NCBI GenBank assembly: GCA_050010135.1
Contig: JBEKLP010000004.1
Location: forward strand, 2,932-66,931
DNA: 64,000 bases
Reading direction: 5' to 3'
From: Anaerolineales bacterium
GTDB lineage: Bacteria; Chloroflexota; Anaerolineae; Anaerolineales; RBG-16-64-43
This document shows, one piece after another, positions 16,354-24,279 of this stretch. Under the pieces are notes generated by a model, which was not told the origin of the DNA, ran no database searches, and saw only the letters and a program-made list of their open reading frames with translations. Both the position numbers and the translations under genes were made by a program. Position 1 is the first letter of the stretch. Each line of letters starts with the position of its first letter.

Positions 16354-18222
16354 ATGTTATCAAAAATTAAATCCACAATCTGGATAGACCTGCTTATTAT
16401 CTTCGCAGCGGGTACCGTGACAATGCTTGTGCGTTACCAGGGATGGAAAAGCTGGGAGTTGGCCAATGTAGATATGTTTCCTTATTACCAGGGAGTACAA
16501 GATTTCCTTTCCACGGGAAGGATCCTTGAAAAAGGTGAATTATCAAGTTACTCCTCCGACAATCCCCCTGGTACGTTCTATTTACTAATCCCGGGGATCT
16601 TGCTGACTCCGGATCCTCGGCTGCAAAACCTGGCGGGCAATATGATCCTGGTATTCGGCACTCTGATCTTCCTGTATTTGGTGACTCGGGAAGTTGCCGG
16701 ACGGGTGGTTGCTCTTTCGGCAACGGTTGTATTTGGCCTGAGCCGTTTAGGATTCATGGGGATTTGGCCCATCGGCCATCCAATTTTCATTCTGGCATCG
16801 CTCTACTTTCTACTGCTTTGGATTAAACGGCGCGCCGCTTGGGCGCTCGGGGTGGTAATAGCGATCCTTGCCTATGGATTGTATGTCGACTTGGCGATCA
16901 TTCCGTTCCTTTTTGTCATTCCCGTTCTATGGCTGATCTATCGGCCGCCATTGAGTTGGAAGAGCCTGCTCGTCTCGGGATTGTTTGGTTTACTCGTATG
17001 GTTTCCATACCTGAGGTATGAATACACCCGCGGGTTCGTGGACCTGGCGTCATTGCTCCTAATGCGTCCCGAAAATTCTGTATGGAAAAACACCTCCACC
17101 TCCCCCATCTACTGTTACGCGACGGAACCAGGGGAAAACGACGTACCGAACGGTGTGTATCTCCCGTATATCGGAGGATCGGAAATCCAGAAGCGAGTGG
17201 TCTATCCGCTTCCCGGCTGGAAAAATCAAGCGGCCTACAAGTCGTGCAGGATCCTTTTGAACATCGACAGGAACTTCGATGGGGATTTGTTCCTGCTTGG
17301 TGCCAACAGATATTTTGACTCGATCCTTTGGTGGGTTTTTATGACCGGTTGGATGACGTTTGGTTGGGTTGTTGTGCGAGCGTGGAGCCCCATGCAACGG
17401 GTTATCGACGCCGTCGCTAAGAGAAGGAAATGGATTCCTTTAGCTCTGGCGGCGGGGGGAGCGCTTGTTTTCTATCTGTTGGCAACCCCGGCTATCTTGG
17501 AACAATTTGCGGCGGATAAATCTATCGACCATAATATTTTCCTGACCGTCATTCAATTCCGGGAATATATGCCGTGGATTTGGCTAGCCATCTGCTTGGG
17601 ATTGTATCTCTCCATATATGTACCGGATTCCAATCCGGACAACGTAATTCTTTTCATTGCGTTTAGCCTGCCCTGGATAATACTATTGATCTTGGCGGAG
17701 CCCGGAAGGCCGGAGCGCTTCTGGTATATGTGGCCGCTGCAAGTCCTTGTAATGGTTCTGTTCCTCCGCTGGTTAGCGGAGATATTCCACCGCGTCCGTC
17801 TGGCATTTTGGATCCTGGTCGTTGCCTTGGGTGTAGCCTTGCTGCCGATCCCATTTGATGTGGAACATATTTCCAATGGATTAGCCAACGGCTATGCAGG
17901 CAACGATTCCGACCAGTGGAAGGTCGCAGAGTTTTTATCCGGAGAGGCTAAAACCGAAGGAGTGGATTCCTTACGGGTGGAGTATTGGTTGGCGGATTCC
18001 AACTCACCGATAAACCCCCTCCATCCGGAAAACCATTTCAGCGATTGGTTTGATTATCTGCTTCTTTACCCATTCGGAGTTCATAATGTGGGGGGGATTG
18101 CCTCGGGGTCGGCTGGAACCGTTTGGGAGGTTGTGGACGTTAAGGTGGGTTTGCCGGATTCCTTAAAGGGAGCGTCGCCGGTTGCCACGATCGGCCATTA
18201 TTCGATCTATCAAATTCCGTGA
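16354..18222 (+). CDS. Large polytopic membrane protein, group D1 (paralogue of 31595-33463)
   Basis: ATG 16354 is preceded by a GAGGTGA RBS (alternative ATG 16330). 'PPGTFYLLIPGILLTPDPRLQNLAGNMILVFGTLIFLYLVTR' aligns with 'PPGTSYLMVPGVLLMPDPRLAEVPGAVLLHFGTLLFLFLIVR' of D2. Visibly lower GC than its neighbours. Confidence 0.75.
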   Translation: MLSKIKSTIWIDLLIIFAAGTVTMLVRYQGWKSWELANVDMFPYYQGVQDFLSTGRILEKGELSSYSSDNPPGTFYLLIPGILLTPDPRLQNLAGNMILVFGTLIFLYLVTREVAGRVVALSATVVFGLSRLGFMGIWPIGHPIFILASLYFLLLWIKRRAAWALGVVIAILAYGLYVDLAIIPFLFVIPVLWLIYRPPLSWKSLLVSGLFGLLVWFPYLRYEYTRGFVDLASLLLMRPENSVWKNTSTSPIYCYATEPGENDVPNGVYLPYIGGSEIQKRVVYPLPGWKNQAAYKSCRILLNIDRNFDGDLFLLGANRYFDSILWWVFMTGWMTFGWVVVRAWSPMQRVIDAVAKRRKWIPLALAAGGALVFYLLATPAILEQFAADKSIDHNIFLTVIQFREYMPWIWLAICLGLYLSIYVPDSNPDNVILFIAFSLPWIILLILAEPGRPERFWYMWPLQVLVMVLFLRWLAEIFHRVRLAFWILVVALGVALLPIPFDVEHISNGLANGYAGNDSDQWKVAEFLSGEAKTEGVDSLRVEYWLADSNSPINPLHPENHFSDWFDYLLLYPFGVHNVGGIASGSAGTVWEVVDVKVGLPDSLKGASPVATIGHYSIYQIP

Positions 18223-18354
18223 GTTTCTCTGCGGTGTGGGTTGATACCGGGTGATTTTCGCCGGATGAGCGAACCGCGCCCGATTAATTGGATCACAATA
18301 ATTGAGACAGGCGGAACATCCGCTTGATTGAAAGATAGCTACCTGGAGGTCGGT

Positions 18355-19197
18355 GTGTTGGGTAAAAAAGGACGGTTGTGGAATGGACTTCTCTCTTTCC
18401 ATCGGGCGATCAACCGCTGGCGATTCTGGCCGGCGGGGGTTCTGCCGTTGCCCGCCAATCCCGCCAGCCGGCATTTTGCGTTTGACCGGGGAACACCCAT
18501 TGACCGGTATTTCATCGTCCGATTCCTGGAACGCAACGCGGAATATATCCGCGGCCGGGTGTTGGAAGTGGGCGACCGCGGGTACACGCAAACTTACGGG
18601 GGGGAGCGCGTCGCGCAGTCGGACGTATTGCATGTGACCTCGGGGAATCCGGAAGCCACAATCATCGGCGATCTGGCGACCGGGAAGGGTCTCCCGCGGG
18701 GCGTCTACGATTGCCTGGTCCTGACCCAAACCCTGCACGTGATTTACGACGTGCATTCGGCGGTGAAAAATATCTACCGGTTGCTGAAGCCCGGCGGCGT
18801 CGCGCTGGTGACGATTCCAGGGATAACCCCGATCAGCCGCTTCGACGCTGAGCGCTGGGGCGATTTCTGGCGAATGACCCCCGAGGCAGTCCAGCGATTA
18901 TTTGCCGAAGCGTTTTCGCCGGAGGATGTGGAGATCGAGGTCTTCGGCAATGTGCGCCTGTCGGTCGCTTACCTGTACGGCCTGGCCGTGGAGGAAATAC
19001 CCGCCTCGGCGCTCTCCGAACGCGACCCCGACTATCCTTTGCTGATTTGCATCTGTGCGAAAAAGGGAACTGCTCAGCCGGGAAGATCCGGCACACGGAT
19101 TTCGCGGAAAAGACGGATTACACCCGCTTCTCCCGGTGCCCCCGCTACGCGAGGGCGGACGCGAGGGCGGGCGCGAGGGCCGGCGCGGAAGGGATAA
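18355..19197 (+). CDS. SAM-dependent methyltransferase with basic low-complexity C-terminal tail
   Basis: GTG 18355 lies 5 nt after GGAGG (alternative TTG 18328). 'VLEVGDRGY', 'YDCLVLTQTLHVIYD' and 'LKPGGVALVTIPG' are methyltransferase motifs. The last ~45 aa are Arg/Gly/Pro-rich and partly encoded by a 12-bp tandem repeat. Confidence 0.75.
   Translation: MLGKKGRLWNGLLSFHRAINRWRFWPAGVLPLPANPASRHFAFDRGTPIDRYFIVRFLERNAEYIRGRVLEVGDRGYTQTYGGERVAQSDVLHVTSGNPEATIIGDLATGKGLPRGVYDCLVLTQTLHVIYDVHSAVKNIYRLLKPGGVALVTIPGITPISRFDAERWGDFWRMTPEAVQRLFAEAFSPEDVEIEVFGNVRLSVAYLYGLAVEEIPASALSERDPDYPLLICICAKKGTAQPGRSGTRISRKRRITPASPGAPATRGRTRGRARGPARKG
19149..19190 (+). repeat. 12-bp tandem repeat (about 3.5 copies) at the 3' end of the methyltransferase CDS
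   Basis: 'gcgagggcggac gcgagggcgggc gcgagggccggc gcggaa..' read directly from the sequence. It is in frame (4 aa per unit, TRGR/ARGP). Confidence 0.8.
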
Positions 19198-19378
19198 GTG
19201 TTCGATATATATCGGTGAGCCTACCCCCGAACTCCGAATGGTCCGCGATATCCGCGAAAAAAAGATATGGAAAAAATATCCGTAGGAAATAGAAAAAGGA
19301 TCCAAACTTTACGCGCCGTCGGTCCATTCGGCGATCTTTCGGAATAGCAGTTACAATATATCGAGAAAGGGATGAGGA

Positions 19379-20590
19379 TTGAAGCAGGCTGTTGCCTCCT
19401 TTTGGTATCAACGCCTCCGGCCGGTGTATTTGCGGGCGGCCGCGTTGATTCTGCGTGGATTGGGTGTTTCCTCGCGTCACGGCGGCGTCCCCCGGGGCGT
19501 GATTTGGGATGCAGGGGAATGGATCCGGGTCACGGAAAAAGTCAGACCGTGGGCGGAACGAGGATCCCGCCATTGGCAGGTGAAGGTCCGGGAGAGCGAA
19601 CTCTATATTGGAGAACTACCGCGCACCATTGAAAAATCCGTTCACCCGGTCTTTTACGATCAGCGTTTCTTCCGGTTCCCCGAATTGTCCGTGACTTGTA
19701 TCCGGCGCGGGCGTGTGGCGACTTCCCAGGGATTTGTGATTTCCCCCGAAGATTATATCTTCGACGAATTTACCCACCAGTGGGGTGAATCCATTTGGAA
19801 ATCCGGGGTATTTCAGCAACCCGGGCTCCCGCGGATGGAATATCGCGATGGCGTCTGGGCGACCCTGGTGGCACCGGCTTCAAGCCGCAACACCCACCAT
19901 TGGCTGACGGACGGGTTGCTCCGGCTTGCGGTTTTAGAAGAGGCCGGGCTTGCCAAACACACCAATTTCATTATCCCGGATCTGCAGCCGCGATTTCTCG
20001 ATCCGATGGAGGCTTTGGGATACGGAGCGGAACGATGTGCCGGGCTGCGGTCCGGGCATTGGGAAGTAGAGCACCTGCTGGTGCCCTCCTTCCTGGCGCC
20101 TCCTGGATTCATGCGACCATGGGGATTTCACTGGCTGCGTAACCGGCTGGGCATTGAAGGCAAGCCTCCGGGCAAACGGCGGTTTTGGATCGGGCGTAAC
20201 CGCGCACGGGGAAGGCATCTGCTCAACGAAGAGGAATTGCTCCCCATTCTGAAAAAGGCGGGATTTGAATACTTGGAACTGGAAGACCTTTCCTTCCATG
20301 AGCAGATGAAGCTCTACTCTCAGGCGGGCGTCATCGCGGCGCCGCACGGCGCGGGAGTGACCAATATTCTCTTCGCCCCGCGCCGCATCCGCGTGCTGGA
20401 GCTTTTTCCAGAACGGTACGTCGTTCCCGTATTTTGCATGCTGGCTCACGTCCTAGATCAGGAATATTTCTATCTCATCGGGACCACCACGCCGGATGAT
20501 ATCTCGAAAGATTTCAACAATATGGACAATTACCGGGTGGCGCCGGAGCGTTTGATCGAAACCTTACGGATGATGTCGCTGTTGAAGTGA
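19379..20590 (+). CDS. Glycosyltransferase family 61 / DUF563-like, paralogue 1
   Basis: 'NTHHWLTDGLLRLAVLEEAGL' and 'EELLPILKKAGFEYLELEDLSFHEQMKLYSQAGVIAAPHGAGVTNILFAP' match the characteristic GT61 C-terminal block. TTG start with an upstream purine-rich RBS. Confidence 0.8.
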   Translation: MKQAVASFWYQRLRPVYLRAAALILRGLGVSSRHGGVPRGVIWDAGEWIRVTEKVRPWAERGSRHWQVKVRESELYIGELPRTIEKSVHPVFYDQRFFRFPELSVTCIRRGRVATSQGFVISPEDYIFDEFTHQWGESIWKSGVFQQPGLPRMEYRDGVWATLVAPASSRNTHHWLTDGLLRLAVLEEAGLAKHTNFIIPDLQPRFLDPMEALGYGAERCAGLRSGHWEVEHLLVPSFLAPPGFMRPWGFHWLRNRLGIEGKPPGKRRFWIGRNRARGRHLLNEEELLPILKKAGFEYLELEDLSFHEQMKLYSQAGVIAAPHGAGVTNILFAPRRIRVLELFPERYVVPVFCMLAHVLDQEYFYLIGTTTPDDISKDFNNMDNYRVAPERLIETLRMMSLLK

Positions 20591-20693
20591 TGGCTGCCAA
20601 AACTGCACTCCTAGAGGAAGTTCTGCGAACTTTGCGGTAGCGCCGGGTGAGTTCTCCGAAAGAGGATGCCGGAGTCGCCAGAAGGGAAAGATC

Positions 20694-21491
20694 ATGTGCA
20701 ATGGAAGCGGCGAATCCAACACGTTGGAAGATACTTCCCTGCTCGTCCTTTCCTGCGATTCCTATTCCGACGCCTGGGAGCCCTTTTTCTTTTTCTTCTT
20801 CCGTTTCTGGCCGGCTTGCCCGTTCCCTGTGTATCTGGCCTCCAATCACCTTACCTACCCGGACGGCCGGGTCTGCATGCTGCATATCGAAGATCCAAAG
20901 ACGGATTGGTCGACGGGTTTCCTATGGGCGGTCAGCCGCATTCCTTCCCGAAACGTGATCGTATGCATGGAGGATTATTTCCTCTCCGCCCCCGTGCAGG
21001 AGCAAACTGTGGTCGCGCTAATCCAATATGCTCGGCACCGAGACGCGGGCTATCTGCGCTTTGTGCCCATTCCGCCGCCCGATGCGCCGTGCGCGGATAA
21101 CCCGTTGCTGGGCGAAATCCACAAGGGATCTCCGTATCGCAGCGCCAATCAGGCCGCTTGGTGGAAGAAGGAGGTCCTGCAACACGTGCTGAAGGCGGGG
21201 GAAGATCCATGGGAATTTGAAAGGTATGGGTCCGCGCGATCCAGCCAGCGGGACGAGGCGTTCCTCTCGCTGCGCGAAAACGTCGGATATCCCCTGGATT
21301 ATTACACTACGGCGATCCGGAAGGGGATGTGGGAGCCGGGCGCCGTGGCGATGTGCGAACAATACGGAATCCGATTGGATTTCAAGCGGCGCAAAGTGAT
21401 GACCCGGTACAGCCAGTGGCGAAGAAGCTTTAATGCCAACGTGAAGCATCCCGTCAAACAATGGCTCCGGCGATGGATCCGGAAGGAATGA
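20694..21491 (+). CDS. Hypothetical protein found in a polysaccharide locus (possible transferase)
   Basis: 265 aa. 'LLVLSCDSYSDAWEPFFFFFFRFWP' N-terminal block resembles proteins I recall from capsule loci, but no family could be assigned. GAAGGGAAAG RBS upstream. Confidence 0.6.
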   Translation: MCNGSGESNTLEDTSLLVLSCDSYSDAWEPFFFFFFRFWPACPFPVYLASNHLTYPDGRVCMLHIEDPKTDWSTGFLWAVSRIPSRNVIVCMEDYFLSAPVQEQTVVALIQYARHRDAGYLRFVPIPPPDAPCADNPLLGEIHKGSPYRSANQAAWWKKEVLQHVLKAGEDPWEFERYGSARSSQRDEAFLSLRENVGYPLDYYTTAIRKGMWEPGAVAMCEQYGIRLDFKRRKVMTRYSQWRRSFNANVKHPVKQWLRRWIRKE

Positions 21492-21981
21492 AAAAACGCG
21501 CCGGGGCTAAACCTCCGAGGGAGGCAGATGCGCTCCATGCATATCCTGATATGATCGAAAGAACGACTCATGAGAGAATGCGGCCCGGATGATGGCCGAT
21601 CAATGGATTGGTTCAAGCTAGTGCCCGGAGCCCGAGCGTTCCATGAAACCAGGATCTTTATCTCTCAGGATCAGGGCGGGGGTTGCGCTTCCGCGGAAGT
21701 AGTAAACGATGGCCGTCGTCCGCGGGTATTGGGAAAGAGGTGCGGTGGCCTTGTGCCGGCGGGAAAAGATCCCGGTGGATCTGCGCCGCCGCCCGGTTAT
21801 GCCGCTGAGGATGCGCATGGAACGGTCGCTGCACAGGATGGGCGTTCCGGACCGTCTGACGAGAATGCTGACGTGGCCGCTTCGGTTCCGAACGATTTCG
21901 GGCGGCAAATCCTGAATGGTCTGATGATTCTTTCCGACGGAGGAATGGAAGCCGTGGATCCGCGAACCGAAAGGATGGGAA

Positions 21982-23151
21982 ATGAATAGGGCGAAAGCGG
22001 TCCTGGCATCCGTACGGCGGGCACTTCCCGGCACCGTGGTTCCGCGCGGCAGGATCCCGGATTTCCGCGCATGGTGCGACGCCCGCGAAACCCGCCTGCC
22101 TTGGATGGAGAAGGGATGGGATCGCTGGTACATCCCGGTGCGCGACATGGAGCTGGTGGAGATCGCTCCGCCGCTCAATCTCGACGGAACCGTCCATCCG
22201 GTGTATCGCGGGGGGCAGTTCTACCGTTATCCGCCGCTATATCTGGCGCAGATTCGCAACGGGCGGATCATCGGGTATGAAGGAACTATATTGACGCCCG
22301 ATCGCCGGGTACTGGAGGAGTTCTCCTTTGCCTGGGGAGTGCCGCCCTCACAATGGTCGATTTTTTCCCGCCTAAGATTTCCCCCGCGGCAGGAAAAGAC
22401 GGGCGCCATGCTCACCCTGCTTTCTCCGGTGTCGGCCAAGCCGAATTACTTTCACTGGTGGGCCGATACGGTGCCGCGGTTGGCCGTCGCGGAAGCCGCA
22501 GGGATCCGTTATTACCAGGTGATCGTTCCAGAAGAAATGGAAGATTGGCAGCGGGAGTCCCTGGAGCGCCTGGGCGTTACCGCCGACCGCCAGGAGCCGT
22601 TCGGAGACGATTATTGGCAGGTGGAGAGTTTGCTTCTGCCGTCGCTGCTCGGATACTCCGGCATGATGCGACCGTGGGCCGCGGACTGGCTGCGCCGGCG
22701 GATCGGGCTTCCGAAACCTGCAGCGCGCCGGCGACGGATCTACCTGCGGCGTGAAAAAGCGGGCTATCGCCGGGTGGCGAACGAGGCGGAACTCCTGCCC
22801 ATCCTTGAAAAATATAAATTCGAATTCCACGAAACCCAGGGGTTGTCGCTTACGGAGCAGATGAAATTGTTTTCCGGAGCGGACTGCGTGGTTTCGATCC
22901 ACGGCGCGGGATTGGCGAACTTACTGTTTTCCCAACCGGGAGTCAACGTGGTGGAGTTTATGTCACCCCTCCCGCAATATGCCAACAGTTGCTATTATTC
23001 CCTGTGCGCCGCGGCGGGCCATACGTACGGATATATCCTGGGCGAACACAACGCCGCGGATCTCGTCGAAAAGATGCCCGGCCGCTGGAGGATCGATCTC
23101 CGGGTTGATCCGGAAAAATTACGGCGGATGCTCGCCCGGTGGTATGGATAA
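21982..23151 (+). CDS. Glycosyltransferase family 61 / DUF563-like, paralogue 2
   Basis: 'NYFHWWADTVPRLAVAEAAGI' and 'EAELLPILEKYKFEFHETQGLSLTEQMKLFSGADCVVSIHGAGLANLLFS'; colinear with 19379-20590. Confidence 0.8.
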   Translation: MNRAKAVLASVRRALPGTVVPRGRIPDFRAWCDARETRLPWMEKGWDRWYIPVRDMELVEIAPPLNLDGTVHPVYRGGQFYRYPPLYLAQIRNGRIIGYEGTILTPDRRVLEEFSFAWGVPPSQWSIFSRLRFPPRQEKTGAMLTLLSPVSAKPNYFHWWADTVPRLAVAEAAGIRYYQVIVPEEMEDWQRESLERLGVTADRQEPFGDDYWQVESLLLPSLLGYSGMMRPWAADWLRRRIGLPKPAARRRRIYLRREKAGYRRVANEAELLPILEKYKFEFHETQGLSLTEQMKLFSGADCVVSIHGAGLANLLFSQPGVNVVEFMSPLPQYANSCYYSLCAAAGHTYGYILGEHNAADLVEKMPGRWRIDLRVDPEKLRRMLARWYG

Positions 23152-23186
23152 TGGTTTTCATTTGCGGCTGAGGATTATTCCACTCT

Positions 23187-24080
23187 ATGGCTCGGAAAAA
23201 AACCGGAACGATTCTGCCGAAAATTTCCCTGGTGACGCCTTCATTTCAACAAGGACGGTTCCTGGAAGACTGCATCCGGTCGGTGCTGGGTCAAGAGTAT
23301 CCGAATTTGGAATACTTCGTCATGGACGGCGGGTCGACCGACGAAAGCAAAAAAATTATCCGCCGCCATGCTGACCACCTGGCCTACTGGCGCAGCCACA
23401 CCGACGGCGGGCACATGGATGCCGTCCAGGACGGCTTCTATCGCTCCACCGGGGAAATCATGGGGTGGCTGAATTCCGACGACCGGCTGACTCCCTGGGC
23501 GCTGCAGGTTGTGGCCGCCGTGTTCCGGCAATTCCCCGAAGTGCAATGGATTACCAGCATGTATCCAATGATCATGAACGCCGAGGGGCTGGTCCTGGGT
23601 GCCCGGCACGTGGAGGGGTTTCACGCCGAAGCGTTTTACCGCGGGCGGAACGCGCCGTTCAATCCCCGCTTTTACTCGTGCATGATCCAACAGGAATCCA
23701 CCTTCTGGCGGCGCGGGCTTTGGGAAAAAGCCGGCGCACGGGTGGACACCGGATTGCGCGTGGCCGGCGATTTCGAGCTGTGGTCGCGCTTTTTTGAACA
23801 AGCCGAGCTGTACACGCTCGCCGTTCCGCTGGGCATCTTCCGCATCCAGCCCGATTCCTTTTCGTCCAGAGAATTCAAACCCTATATGGAAGTCTGCCGG
23901 CGGGTCTTGGCCAAATATTCGCACCGGCCTCCCTCGCGGTTGGAATCCTTTGCGCGCCGGATTGCGCGCCTCTTGCCCCGCAGGATGCAGCCGCTGACCG
24001 GCCTGGCGTATCCCGTCTCCCACATCGTGAAGGGATCGGGGGACGGGCCATACGCCATCGACCGGGCGTGGATCATCTGA
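23187..24080 (+). CDS. Glycosyltransferase family 2
   Basis: 'ISLVTPSFQQGRFLEDCIRSVLGQ', 'VMDGGSTDES', 'WLNSDDRL'. Paralogue of 25753-26661. Confidence 0.9.
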   Translation: MARKKTGTILPKISLVTPSFQQGRFLEDCIRSVLGQEYPNLEYFVMDGGSTDESKKIIRRHADHLAYWRSHTDGGHMDAVQDGFYRSTGEIMGWLNSDDRLTPWALQVVAAVFRQFPEVQWITSMYPMIMNAEGLVLGARHVEGFHAEAFYRGRNAPFNPRFYSCMIQQESTFWRRGLWEKAGARVDTGLRVAGDFELWSRFFEQAELYTLAVPLGIFRIQPDSFSSREFKPYMEVCRRVLAKYSHRPPSRLESFARRIARLLPRRMQPLTGLAYPVSHIVKGSGDGPYAIDRAWII

Positions 24081-24101
24081 CGCTCCGGAGAGGCAGGCCT
24101 C

Positions 24102-24272
24102 TTGAAATTTTACTTTGTCGCCCCTTCCGGGGTCGAACGGACCGCGCGGCGAATCGCGCGGCTGCTGCCGCGGCGGCTGCATCCCTCAACCGGCCTGGCA
24201 TACCCGGTGCGCACCATCCGCCAGGAGGGACGTGGTTCGCAATGGATCGTCGATAGCGAATGGATTCTCTAA
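24102..24272 (+). pseudogene. Remnant of a GT2 C-terminus (tandem partial duplicate of the 3' end of 23187-24080)
   Basis: The 57-codon frame translates to '..TARRIARLLPRRLHPSTGLAYPVRTIRQEG..SEWIL*'. This matches '..FARRIARLLPRRMQPLTGLAYPVSHIVKGS..RAWII*' at the end of the upstream GT2. There is no N-terminal catalytic part. Confidence 0.6.
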
Positions 24273-24279
24273 ATTAAAA

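Noticed and set aside
19149-19190. Short tandem repeats considered as a possible CRISPR array or regulatory repeat array.
   Set aside because: The units are 12 bp, contiguous with no spacers, lie inside a CDS and are in frame. No CRISPR-like repeat-spacer periodicity occurs anywhere in the window.
21570-21989. A 139-aa + strand ORF that fills the gap before the second GT61 gene.
   Set aside because: It has no motifs, no hydrophobic core pattern and a Gly/Arg/Pro/Asp-rich composition, and it overlaps the GT61 start. The region is kept only as an unassigned finding.
23241-24182. Long minus-strand ORFs shadowing + strand genes. This 313-aa example is one of many; others are 256-942, 9517-10398, 15314-16111, 28743-29690, 29924-30724, 30845-31729, 36754-37665, 48352-49344, 57267-58151 and 58603-59571.
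   Set aside because: Each lies fully inside a + strand gene that has clear family motifs. The translations are low-complexity (R/P/G/A-rich) and lack RBS or start context, so they are high-GC antisense artefacts.
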